Source: a virus
Taxonomy: Duplodnaviria; Heunggongvirae; Uroviricota; Caudoviricetes
Length of the DNA stretch: 64,000 bases
IMG/VR virus record: IMGVR_UViG_3300032093_014924
Reading direction: 5' to 3' (one strand)
Part shown: one piece after another, positions 38,483-47,633 of the stretch
Layout of the letters: every line of letters begins with the position of its first letter
Numbering within the stretch: the first letter of the stretch is position 1
Made by a program: the position numbers and the translations under genes
The notes under the pieces: model-generated
Seen by the model: only the letters and a program-made list of their open reading frames with translations
Told to the model about the DNA's origin: nothing
Databases searched by the model: none

Positions 38483-39322
38483 TTACTTTTCTTTACTCAT
38501 TTTATATAAATTAATTTTTTCTGATGTTCCAATAAGATTGCCGCTATCATCATAGTTAGAAATAGTTTGATAGGTATATTTAACATATTCTGAACCTTCT
38601 TTAATTAAATTTGTACAATATTTATATAATGTATTAGACTGTGTGTCATTAGTTTCTTTAATAATTTCTTCAGCTGCTCTTAACCCACCATTAGCTAAGT
38701 TTATACTAGCCTCACCAAATGTTTTAATGTCTTCTGGGTTAACAACACCATGTGACTCTCTTAATCTTATTAAATATATTATTGCTTTAGTTACCATGTT
38801 AGTATCTCTTAAATGTTCTGACCCTCTTTCTTTCATATCCATTATAAAACCTATGGCAATATTTATATGCATTTCACTTATTGGTTGATTAGTTGTACTA
38901 GCGTATGCTAATGAAGCTGAAATAATTAAAAAAACCATAACTAATATAGTTAAGTTAATAAGTTTAAATACTACAGGGTATTTTTCTCTAAAAGATAGAA
39001 CTGTTTTTGATACCCAATTAATAAAAGTTTTTAATTTTTCTAATATTTTTAATCCTATTTTAGATGCGTTTAACAAAAAAGTGTTTAACACTTCTATTAT
39101 CTTTTGGTTTATTTTTTCAGATATATTTGAAAATATATTTTCATTAATTGTTAAATTTAATTCTTTAATATATTCTTTTTCACTTATTTTATTTTCAATA
39201 AAATTTTTTGTTAATTTATGTTCTATTAAGAATTCTTTATTAAACTCAATTTTAGTGTGATTTTGTTGTTCTTCTAATAAGTTCTTAAACTTATTCATAA
39301 ACATTCTCATTTCTTTGCTCAT
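38483..39322 (-). CDS. hypothetical protein with I/L-x-E-rich N-terminus and one hydrophobic helix
   Basis: LLEE, LIE, FIE, ISE, IKE, INE in the first ~70 aa; LINLTILVMVFLIISASLAYA; TATTTAT at 39340-39346. Confidence 0.75.
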   Translation of the reverse strand: MSKEMRMFMNKFKNLLEEQQNHTKIEFNKEFLIEHKLTKNFIENKISEKEYIKELNLTINENIFSNISEKINQKIIEVLNTFLLNASKIGLKILEKLKTFINWVSKTVLSFREKYPVVFKLINLTILVMVFLIISASLAYASTTNQPISEMHINIAIGFIMDMKERGSEHLRDTNMVTKAIIYLIRLRESHGVVNPEDIKTFGEASINLANGGLRAAEEIIKETNDTQSNTLYKYCTNLIKEGSEYVKYTYQTISNYDDSGNLIGTSEKINLYKMSKEK

Positions 39323-39356
39323 AATATATTAATTTTTATATAAATATATTAACAAT

Positions 39357-39382
39357 AAAAAAACCCACTTTAAAGTGGGTTT
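39357..39382 (-). terminator. rho-independent terminator after nrdB
   Basis: AAACCCACTTT/AAAGTGGGTTT followed by a T tract on the minus strand. Confidence 0.8.
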
Positions 39383-39388
39383 ATATTT

Positions 39389-40342
39389 TTAGAATTCTTC
39401 ATCAAAAATACCATCCATTGTTTTTGGTATTTCAATTCTTGTGTATTCACCTTCTCTTTTTTCAAAGAAATTATTTTTTGTTGATAGACCTATTCTTGAC
39501 ATAAAATCAAGTGGATTTGAGACCATAAATTCTCTTTCGCAACCAAAGTCATTTAAAACGATATCTGTAACATATTGTATATATTTTAACATATCATTTT
39601 TTGTCAGACCTTGAAGACCATCTGGCATACTTTCTTCAACAAATGTTTTTTCTACATCATAGCAACCAAGAATTATATTTCTAATTTCTGTTTTATTTAG
39701 CTTATATTCTTCTTTTAGATAGTTTTTATATAAGTTTAATGCGAACTCGTAATGAAATGTTTCATCTCTTAATATAAGTTCATTCATAGCTGCTAAACCT
39801 TGCATTTTATTTCTACTTCTAAACCAGAACACACCAGAGAACACACTAGCAAATGAAATACCTTCAACACAAGCAAAAGCTAATAATCTATGTGGAAATG
39901 ATGGGTGTTGTATCCATTTTTCAGCCCATTCAGCTTTTTTAAATACAGCTTTGTTTGTTTCCATCGCATTAAATAAATCTTCTTTTTCTTGTAGATTTTT
40001 TATGTAGGTATCGATTAATAATGAATAACCATTTGCATGAACTTGTTCAATAAATGTTTGGTGTCCATAAAAATATTGTGCCTCTAACAATTCAACTTCA
40101 TTTAAAAAGTTTGTTGCTAAGTTATCAATAACGAGACCATCAGATACAGCAAAGAAAGCTAAGATGTTTTTAAGATATGTTTTTTCATTATCTTTTAGTT
40201 CATCGAATTTATCTTTACTCAAATCAGTTTCTTCAGCAACCCATGTTTGGGATTCTGCTTTTTTATACATTTGCCATAAATCATTGTGTATGATTGGGAA
40301 AATGGAATATCTTTTTTTAATTGTTGAATCTTTCAGGTACAT
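39389..40342 (-). CDS. nrdB: ribonucleotide reductase class Ia beta subunit
   Basis: FFAVSDG, EQVHANGY, FACVEGISF, NELILRDETFH, NFFEKR di-iron/tyrosyl motifs. Confidence 0.96.
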   Translation of the reverse strand: MYLKDSTIKKRYSIFPIIHNDLWQMYKKAESQTWVAEETDLSKDKFDELKDNEKTYLKNILAFFAVSDGLVIDNLATNFLNEVELLEAQYFYGHQTFIEQVHANGYSLLIDTYIKNLQEKEDLFNAMETNKAVFKKAEWAEKWIQHPSFPHRLLAFACVEGISFASVFSGVFWFRSRNKMQGLAAMNELILRDETFHYEFALNLYKNYLKEEYKLNKTEIRNIILGCYDVEKTFVEESMPDGLQGLTKNDMLKYIQYVTDIVLNDFGCEREFMVSNPLDFMSRIGLSTKNNFFEKREGEYTRIEIPKTMDGIFDEEF

Positions 40343-40348
40343 ATGTTT

Positions 40349-41758
40349 TTAATTTTCTTCTGTTGTTATGTTTAATAAATTCTTTCTATTATTAAATATC
40401 TCGGCAACTCTTTGTTGGTTCTCTTTTTGTGTATTATTTTTTATTTCTGTTCTTGTTACACCAAAAGTAGTATTATCCATAGATACTGCTATTCTTGAGT
40501 TATCGAATTCAACATCTTCAAATACCATTCCATCTTTACCAAATCTTGATTTAAGGATTGTTATTGTTGCTTTATGTGTTTCTCTTTGTGGTAATGATTT
40601 ACCTACAGACATTATAAAGTGAGCTACTTGACCTTTTTTGATTGACCCACCCATTTTATCTGCTTCAACAATCTCTGAATTTAAGCTTTGTCTATTCCCT
40701 TGAACAGCTGTCCAACCTGCCATATCAAAATCAGATAATATCGTCTCAAATTGTCTCATTACAGCACCTTCACTTGTAAAGACATCTGTATATTCCTTTG
40801 AAGGGCTAACGCAGTCTATATAGTCTAATAATACGATATCTGGTCTAAAACCTTCTGATATTTTCTTTTCAATGTGTTTTCTAATCATTGGCATTGTTAT
40901 ACCATCGCTAGGAAGTTTTAACAAAACCAATCTACCACCATTTTTTTTCATTTCTTCAGTTTTATTGAAGACTTCTTCTTTATGGTTATGTAGTTCATTT
41001 AATTCAATACCAGTCCAACATGCCAAATGTTTTCTCTGAATTATTTTTGTTTTATCTTCAAAAAATATTTGTAATACCTTATAACCATCATTATATGCTG
41101 TGTTAGCCATTTTGGTGATTAGAGTTGTTTTTCCGACCCCAAATGGGGCCAATATAAGCCCCAATTCACCTTTTGATAGTCCACCATTCATTATCTCATC
41201 AAGCTTCGTTATACCTGTTCTAATTGGCTTTCTGAAGTCATCTGATAAAGCTTCTGTTATATTATGTAGAATATCTACACCATCATTTTCTGTATTACCA
41301 TAACTTATAGCTGTTTTAAGAATTTCTAGACACTCATCATACTTTTCATGTTGATGTTTTGAGATTATCTTTTGTATTTGCTGTACGGCTTTATTAATTT
41401 CTTGTTGTTTAAAAAACTTTTTAGAAACATCTTGAATATAAAGCGCATCATGCACAACCAATTCTTTAATTTTGGCTATGGTTTTAATTAGATAATTTTT
41501 CTTTAATTCTTTTAAATCTAATTCAGCTGCTCTTATTAATAAGCTATCAAAATCTGGTACAACATTATAATCTTTTTTACTTTGTTTTATTAAAGAGATT
41601 ATTAATTTACTTTCATCGTTACTAAAATAATTTGGGTTAACAATATCTATAATGTTATTACCAAACTTTTGGTCTACGATTATTTGATTAATAAGTTTCT
41701 CTTCATATTTAACACCTAAGTAATCTAAAGTTGCTTCTTTATTTATACTATCATTCAT
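40349..41758 (-). CDS. replicative DNA helicase (T4 gp41/DnaB-like)
   Basis: APFGVGKTT, VLLDYID, WTAVQGNR, LKSRFG. Confidence 0.93.
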   Translation of the reverse strand: MNDSINKEATLDYLGVKYEEKLINQIIVDQKFGNNIIDIVNPNYFSNDESKLIISLIKQSKKDYNVVPDFDSLLIRAAELDLKELKKNYLIKTIAKIKELVVHDALYIQDVSKKFFKQQEINKAVQQIQKIISKHQHEKYDECLEILKTAISYGNTENDGVDILHNITEALSDDFRKPIRTGITKLDEIMNGGLSKGELGLILAPFGVGKTTLITKMANTAYNDGYKVLQIFFEDKTKIIQRKHLACWTGIELNELHNHKEEVFNKTEEMKKNGGRLVLLKLPSDGITMPMIRKHIEKKISEGFRPDIVLLDYIDCVSPSKEYTDVFTSEGAVMRQFETILSDFDMAGWTAVQGNRQSLNSEIVEADKMGGSIKKGQVAHFIMSVGKSLPQRETHKATITILKSRFGKDGMVFEDVEFDNSRIAVSMDNTTFGVTRTEIKNNTQKENQQRVAEIFNNRKNLLNITTEEN

Positions 41759-41785
41759 TTATATTTAAATTATTTGTTATAAATA

Positions 41786-42277
41786 TTAAATGCTAATATT
41801 AAGATACGTCTTGGTATAGTTTTTTTTGCTTAGTTTACTTCTAATCTCAGAGATAATATCTGGGATGATTTCTTTAATATCAACAGCGTATCTAAATTTT
41901 TGGTGGAATGATGTTCCAGAAAAAATAGATTTAGCAACTGTTTTTCTATCTATTTTAATTTCAAAACTGAAATTATCTTCTTTATCTGAAGGTTGTTTAA
42001 CAGCCTGTTCAGATTGATTCATAAAATAATGAGAGTTGGCCAACATAAATTCGATTGTTTTATTCTTAAGATATGTTGGGATAATACCCATACTCCCATA
42101 TTGACCATTATTCATACCACAAATATTATCCATTAATTCTTTAATCTCATAAGACTTTACTGAATTAGGATTAAAGTTATTTATTGGAAAATAACGTTGA
42201 CAAATAATGTTGTCATTGATGTAGAGTACGAACTCAAATCTTTCTTGTTCAATTTTTTTTGCTTCTTCTTTTTTCAT
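41786..42277 (-). CDS. hypothetical protein (163 aa)
   Basis: Intact ORF in the replication block. Confidence 0.75.
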   Translation of the reverse strand: MKKEEAKKIEQERFEFVLYINDNIICQRYFPINNFNPNSVKSYEIKELMDNICGMNNGQYGSMGIIPTYLKNKTIEFMLANSHYFMNQSEQAVKQPSDKEDNFSFEIKIDRKTVAKSIFSGTSFHQKFRYAVDIKEIIPDIISEIRSKLSKKNYTKTYLNISI

Positions 42278-42296
42278 TTTATTTATTTATTTAAAT

Positions 42297-43349
42297 TTAA
42301 TTCATATTACAATCACGATTCGCTAATTTTTTAAATGGTATTAGAAAATCGTCATATCTTGATGCACCCATTGCTTTATCTAATCCATCTCTTTTCATCA
42401 AACCCAATATTGTTTTAAGTGAAAAATCAGTATAATCAAAGTTACCGTTTATTAGTTCATTTAATTCATCCATGGCTTTTTCAGTAATCATAGGTTTTTT
42501 TAAATTAACCAATCTTTCATTTATCTCGTAAATGTTTTCTTTTTGAACCCCATCAGTAACTTTATTTATTATATTATTTAATACTTTAAGTGGTTTTTTC
42601 TTTTCAGATAAACGTTGGTTTTGTCTAGCGTTAGCCAATTCAATTACTTCATCAATAGTTAATTTTCTTTCATTCAACTCAGGGATTAATTTTAATAATG
42701 TTTTTTCACGCAATCCTTTAATACCTTTTATCGTATCACTATTATCTCCAAGTATTGTTTTCAATAACATTGCGTTTTCTTGTATATAACAAAAATACGA
42801 AGAATAATTACTAATTTCAACATATTGTCTTAAATCAAGAAAATAAATTTTTATATCATTGGAAATCAGCTGTAAAAAATCTCTGTCTGTTGATGCTATG
42901 GTGATAGTTTCATTTTCTTTTTTGTTTAGACAATAATAACCTATAAAATCATCACTTTCTACGATTTCATCTGTTAATTGTCTAACGTTTAATGCATTTA
43001 GATAATCCCATATCTTTTTTCTTTGTTCTAGTTCAGCTAAGTCTATTGGGTGTGTACCATTTTCATAGTCTTTACCTCTAGAACTTTTGTATGGTTTATA
43101 TATTTCATATCTTAACTTACCGCTAAGTTTACCGTCCCAAAAAACAAATACTTTATGGTATAAATCTTCATTCAATAATTTTCTCATAATAACTAAAAAT
43201 GAGTATAACCCACCGATGTGTTCACCGTTTGTGTTATACTCATTCTTAGCACCAAGATATGAGAATTTAAATAAAGCATTACCATCTATAAGTAATGTAT
43301 TTGTTTTTTTTATTTTATTTTCTCCGTTTTTTGGTGGTCTTCTATTCAC
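42297..43349 (-). CDS. 5'-3' exonuclease/RNase H (T4 rnh, Pol I N-terminal-like)
   Basis: LLIDGNAL, VFWDG, YKSSR, ESDDFIG, STDRDFLQL, GDNSDTIKGIKGL. Confidence 0.93.
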   Translation of the reverse strand: MNRRPPKNGENKIKKTNTLLIDGNALFKFSYLGAKNEYNTNGEHIGGLYSFLVIMRKLLNEDLYHKVFVFWDGKLSGKLRYEIYKPYKSSRGKDYENGTHPIDLAELEQRKKIWDYLNALNVRQLTDEIVESDDFIGYYCLNKKENETITIASTDRDFLQLISNDIKIYFLDLRQYVEISNYSSYFCYIQENAMLLKTILGDNSDTIKGIKGLREKTLLKLIPELNERKLTIDEVIELANARQNQRLSEKKKPLKVLNNIINKVTDGVQKENIYEINERLVNLKKPMITEKAMDELNELINGNFDYTDFSLKTILGLMKRDGLDKAMGASRYDDFLIPFKKLANRDCNMN

Positions 43350-43351
43350 AA

Positions 43352-44446
43352 TTACGCTTTGAAATCGTTATCGCTTAAATTACTTTCTTCTTTTTCGATG
43401 ATAAAGTCATCATATTCAGTATTTAAACGGGTTTTAATATACTCTTTATGAATTTCTTTATATTCGTTTAATCTATCTGGGTTCCAATAACCATGTGGTG
43501 TTGATGCTAATCTACCTTTTTGCTCAATACCGTTAACTTGGTTTTTTTCACATCTAATTTTAGTTTCAACACCAAACTGATATTCTTCACCATTTAGTGT
43601 TGCTTTTAATTTTTCTGTTGAATGTGTTAAAATACCGCCAAAATGGAAAATTAATCTTGGGGAATAGAAAAACGCTTCACCGCCTTTATGTTTAATGACT
43701 TTATTTTCATTATCTAACCATATTTGTTGAACTACAGCAAATGTAGCAGTATACTCTGAAGTTTCACGTCTTGTTGATGGTATTCTATAGTTAATTAAAC
43801 TTTTAAAAGAATTAGCTAACGCACCTGCTGTCCACTGATTATTGCTTGTTTTTGATGTTGCAGATTTAAAACAATTAACGCTACCAACAGAATCCCATAA
43901 GAAACAAACATTTTTTTGTAAGCTACCATTTTTTTGTGCATCCAATATAGAATGCATATGTAAAGCAATATCTTCAACAACTGGTTCATCTCTTAATGGT
44001 TTTGTACCCATTTTACTATGTTGGTGGTCGTAATTTGCGTACATAGTTACTAAATCATAACCAGAAATGTAAATAAAATCACCAACATATTTTTCTTTAT
44101 TTGTTTCTTCATCATAAACAATACTATAATCAATACCAATATTTCTAGCGTGTTCCCAATTAAAATTAGTTTCTGTATCATATATAATCGGTAAAATACC
44201 TAATTTTTGACAGCCAACTATCGTTTCAATTATAGCTGTTGATTTACCAGTGTTTGAATATCCTCTAAATGATGTGAAATACCCAATAGGGATACCTGGA
44301 ACTTTAACAGCTTCATGAAATGCTTCAGACATTGGAATCCATGCTAATTCTTTTTCTTTTACATTAAAATCAAGACCCATTTGTTTTTTAAATGCTTCTA
44401 AATCAAATTCTTTTTTTTCAATTTCTTTTTGTGGTTTTTTTGCCAT
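43352..44446 (-). CDS. uvsX: RecA-like recombinase (UvsX)
   Basis: GYSNTGKST, YDTETNF, WDSVGS, GGEAFFY, KIRCEKNQ. Confidence 0.9.
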   Translation of the reverse strand: MAKKPQKEIEKKEFDLEAFKKQMGLDFNVKEKELAWIPMSEAFHEAVKVPGIPIGYFTSFRGYSNTGKSTAIIETIVGCQKLGILPIIYDTETNFNWEHARNIGIDYSIVYDEETNKEKYVGDFIYISGYDLVTMYANYDHQHSKMGTKPLRDEPVVEDIALHMHSILDAQKNGSLQKNVCFLWDSVGSVNCFKSATSKTSNNQWTAGALANSFKSLINYRIPSTRRETSEYTATFAVVQQIWLDNENKVIKHKGGEAFFYSPRLIFHFGGILTHSTEKLKATLNGEEYQFGVETKIRCEKNQVNGIEQKGRLASTPHGYWNPDRLNEYKEIHKEYIKTRLNTEYDDFIIEKEESNLSDNDFKA

Positions 44447-44486
44447 ATATCTATTTTTATTTATTTACTTTATTTATTTTTTTAAT

Positions 44487-44516
44487 AAAAAGGGATAGTT
44501 TTAACTACCCCTTTTT
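44487..44516 (-). terminator. rho-independent terminator after the SSB gene
   Basis: AAAAAGGGGTAGTT-AA-AACTATCCCTTTTT on the minus strand. Confidence 0.75.
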
Positions 44517-44538
44517 ATTTTGTTAAACATTTTTTATA

Positions 44539-45456
44539 TTAAAATGGAAGGTCATCATCTTCATCTTCTTCTTCAGAAGGTTCTTCAATTTTTGTTGATG
44601 GTTTTGATTTACTTGCCAACATGTTAGATTTAACTGTTTCCAAACTTGTATTGATTTCTCCATTTAATTCAACTGATTCTTCTTCAGTGGAAGTCAACGA
44701 ATCTTTATCAACATATTTGTTTTGGTTAGAATCCCAAGCTGGTGTACCACCTTTTACAATGATTTCAAGATAATCATAATTCTTAACAGCATACACATCT
44801 TCCCATGTTCTGGTATCTGACAACCAAAGTTCAGCTTCTGCTGAATCTTCGCTCAATGGTGATGGGTCGCCAGCTGCAATTGCGGATACAACGATAGCGT
44901 TATTTTGGTTTCTATTAATAGTTACCACAAGGTCTCTACCATTTTCAACGTCTGTAATATCTTTATTCTTTTTAAGTGCATTCATAGCACCAATGATTTT
45001 ATCATAGATACCTTCTTTTCTATAATCATGATTAAATCTCCAGAACTTAACACCATCTTGTTCGTTATCTCTATCGATAACTTTAACAACATACATAAGT
45101 CTTGCTTTATAGTTTTTAGAAAGTTCTTTGTCTGTTTCTGTACCTGTTTCTAATAAGGCTTCACGTGCTTCACAAAAAGGGCAAGGTTCTTCTCTTTCGT
45201 GTTTTAAGCAAGCAAATGTTTTCCATTCTCCATTAACTTGGATTTTATGACCCCAAACTTCAGTAAATGGTGAACCATTTTCAGATGGTAAAACCCTAAT
45301 AGTTTTTGTTGCTGACTTAACACCTTCTTTAATGTAAGTAGAGAAATAGTTTTTTAAGTCATAAACTTTCTCACTTTTCTTTTCGTACAGTGGTTTACTG
45401 TTTTTTTCGTACTGTGCCAGAATTGCTTCTAAGCTGTTTTCACTTGTTTTACTCAT
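44539..45456 (-). CDS. single-stranded DNA-binding protein (T4 gp32-like)
   Basis: IRVLP..PF..H..CLK..CPFCE, VIDRD..GVKFWRF, acidic C-tail EEDEDDDLPF. Confidence 0.9.
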   Translation of the reverse strand: MSKTSENSLEAILAQYEKNSKPLYEKKSEKVYDLKNYFSTYIKEGVKSATKTIRVLPSENGSPFTEVWGHKIQVNGEWKTFACLKHEREEPCPFCEAREALLETGTETDKELSKNYKARLMYVVKVIDRDNEQDGVKFWRFNHDYRKEGIYDKIIGAMNALKKNKDITDVENGRDLVVTINRNQNNAIVVSAIAAGDPSPLSEDSAEAELWLSDTRTWEDVYAVKNYDYLEIIVKGGTPAWDSNQNKYVDKDSLTSTEEESVELNGEINTSLETVKSNMLASKSKPSTKIEEPSEEEDEDDDLPF

Positions 45457-45501
45457 TTTTAATATATTTAAAATTTAACGTTATTTACTAACCTATATTT
45501 A

Positions 45502-45532
45502 CAAATATACTAAATTAAAACACGTTTATCAA
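45502..45532 (-). promoter_or_regulatory. Bacteroidota-type promoter (TTG-N20-TATATTTG) for SSB
   Basis: Exact 20-nt spacing. Confidence 0.78.
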
Positions 45533-45550
45533 GTATTTTAAATATTTTTT

Positions 45551-46279
45551 TTAAATATCTTCTTCTTCGTATGAATTATCGTCAACACTAAACGATTGTC
45601 TTATGTTGTTGTCGCTATAATCATAATTAATATCATCAGTAGTTAATGTATATTCTTTATTAGTGTCACTAGTGACTTCATAACCATCGTGTTTTTGACC
45701 CCAAAAATCAGTTAATTTTTGATTATATGGGAAAGAGCTTAAAGACCTTAATTCTAATTTTTCAACTGGTGTTGGGTTTCTTTTAACCATTTCTCTTTCT
45801 AAGTCATCGATTTTATTGGTTATGTTATCCATTTTTGCCAATCTACTTTCCAAATCAGCCAATTTACTTATTAAGGTTTCAGTATTTCTTGTTGCTTCTT
45901 CTGCTGACCTTTTAGCTTCTTCAGAGCCTTTAACTAATTCTGTGACATCTATTTCAACATCTTCTTCTCCACCACCCATGTCAGCAGGTTGTTCCATACC
46001 CATATCAGCACCCATATCACCAGCCATATCAGTAGGTTGTTCTGTTCCCATATCAGCACCAGCATCAATAGGTTGTTCTGGAGTTTCTTCAGCACCAGTG
46101 TCAGCAGGTTGTTCTGGAGTTGCTTCAGCACCTGGTTCTGGTTCTTCGTCTTGTTCTGATAATGAGCCTAATATAACATCTTTTTCATCTTTTTCTTCAT
46201 TATAAAAGTCATATTCTAATAATAACTTAAATCTTTTAAGTTCTTCGTTTAATAGTTGTTTGTTAATATTTTTTTTCAT
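45551..46279 (-). CDS. acidic protein with L-x-E-rich leader, EQP(A/I/T)D repeats and coiled coil (possible head-associated protein)
   Basis: MKKNINKQLLNEELKRFKLLLE; low-complexity acidic repeats; coiled coil LISKLADLESRL. Confidence 0.75.
   Translation of the reverse strand: MKKNINKQLLNEELKRFKLLLEYDFYNEEKDEKDVILGSLSEQDEEPEPGAEATPEQPADTGAEETPEQPIDAGADMGTEQPTDMAGDMGADMGMEQPADMGGGEEDVEIDVTELVKGSEEAKRSAEEATRNTETLISKLADLESRLAKMDNITNKIDDLEREMVKRNPTPVEKLELRSLSSFPYNQKLTDFWGQKHDGYEVTSDTNKEYTLTTDDINYDYSDNNIRQSFSVDDNSYEEEDI
45977..46132 (-). repeat. in-frame degenerate tandem repeat (EQPADxG-type, 4-5 units)
   Basis: Recurring (tc)agcaggttgttc / aggttgttctgg units. Confidence 0.75.
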
Positions 46280-46280
46280 A

Positions 46281-46475
46281 TCAAATCAATAGTTGTCTAC
46301 CATCTTCAGTAATTATTTTTTTATTAATTCTTTCTACGATGCTTTTATCACCTTTAATAACGCATACGCCAGAGGAACAGTCTAAATTAGGGTCTTGATT
46401 GTTTTCATCAATCATTAAATCAAGAGCTTTGTTTAAATCTTTTTTGTTGTTCTGATTATTAGTATTATTTTCCAT
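46281..46475 (-). CDS. small conserved-looking hypothetical protein (64 aa)
   Basis: DCSSGVCVIK..ERINKKIITEDGRQLL; TATTTAT at 46496-46502. Confidence 0.7.
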   Translation of the reverse strand: MENNTNNQNNKKDLNKALDLMIDENNQDPNLDCSSGVCVIKGDKSIVERINKKIITEDGRQLLI

Positions 46476-46502
46476 AATATAAATTTATTATACTAATAAA
46501 TA

Positions 46503-47132
46503 TTATGTTTTATAAAAAAAGTTTAATTTATCTTCTACTTTATTAAAAATGAAATATAAAAATGGTATATATTTTACATTATTGTTAATATATTCTATAT
46601 ATTGTTTATATTGTGAAATAATATCATTACCTATTAAGTAGGTATTACTAATATTTTTTATTTTTTGTTTTATTTTATTTATATTTATACCTATGTATTT
46701 TAATAGATTTAAATCAACACCGAATATTAAGTTATCTGAATATATATAAATCATATTATTTTTTTCATATGATATAATATTATTTAGTGAATATATTTTA
46801 TTGATTATCTTTTTAATTGTTTTTTTATTTTGTTGTATTGGGTCTATAATGATATATTTAACATTTGTTATTAATTCGTTATATAACTTATGTTGAAACC
46901 AATTCAAATCGTCTTGGAATTTATCTCTATCTTCTGTTTTTTTAACTGTCCAATATAAATTAGGTTTGATTTCTCTGTTTAATATATCAAAGTCTTTAAA
47001 CAATTTTTTTGTTAAATCATATCCAACAATAAGTGTTGGTAGGTTATCTATTATGTCATCTATTGATGAAACAATATTAAATTGTTCAGGTAATGAAATA
47101 TTCGAAGTAGAAACTATATTTGCTATTTTCAT
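46503..47132 (-). CDS. hypothetical protein (209 aa)
   Basis: Intact ORF preceded by a host-type -7 element. Confidence 0.75.
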   Translation of the reverse strand: MKIANIVSTSNISLPEQFNIVSSIDDIIDNLPTLIVGYDLTKKLFKDFDILNREIKPNLYWTVKKTEDRDKFQDDLNWFQHKLYNELITNVKYIIIDPIQQNKKTIKKIINKIYSLNNIISYEKNNMIYIYSDNLIFGVDLNLLKYIGININKIKQKIKNISNTYLIGNDIISQYKQYIEYINNNVKYIPFLYFIFNKVEDKLNFFYKT

Positions 47133-47136
47133 ACTA

Positions 47137-47144
47137 CAAATATA
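47137..47144 (-). promoter_or_regulatory. Bacteroidota -7 element TATATTTG
   Basis: 4 nt before the ATG at 47132. Confidence 0.6.
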
Positions 47145-47153
47145 CTATTTTTA

Positions 47154-47627
47154 TTAATTATATTTGTAATAAGCTTGTTTATATAATAATAATGTTTTAT
47201 CAGGTTTAAATTTATTTAAAGAAGTCCAAGTAGTTTTTAATTTATTGCTTACTTCAGTCATTTCAGCTTCATTAGTAATGTTAAAATCAAAATTTTGACC
47301 TAATATTCTTTTAATTAATTTTAACGCTGCATTATCTTGATTTACTTTAGTCATAGGTGCGTTTATTTTATTATTCATTTCTTCCCAAGTTGACCCAATA
47401 AATTGATACCTACCAGCGGCTGTAGTGAATAATGTTTTATCTTTGTTTATAGCGACTTTCCATTTTTCTTTACCATGTATAATTGTTGTATCTTCAGTCC
47501 AATTATTTATTACTCTTAACTCACTGGGTTTTGCTGAATATAAAACATCGTAACCATTTTTACTTTTACCATATGTTCCCTCACAATAAGACAATAAATC
47601 TAAGAAAGCTTTTTCGTAATTTGTCAT
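47154..47627 (-). CDS. lambda R-like lysozyme/lytic transglycosylase
   Basis: AFLDLLSYCEGT..GYDVLY, TAAGRYQF..TW, QDNAALKLI. Confidence 0.88.
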   Translation of the reverse strand: MTNYEKAFLDLLSYCEGTYGKSKNGYDVLYSAKPSELRVINNWTEDTTIIHGKEKWKVAINKDKTLFTTAAGRYQFIGSTWEEMNNKINAPMTKVNQDNAALKLIKRILGQNFDFNITNEAEMTEVSNKLKTTWTSLNKFKPDKTLLLYKQAYYKYN

Positions 47628-47633
47628 AAAATT

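Noticed and set aside
3874-46131. Short alternative-frame minus ORFs (3874-4074, 10027-10239, 18237-18467, 45949-46131)
   Set aside because: They lie inside longer, recognisable genes and have no motifs.
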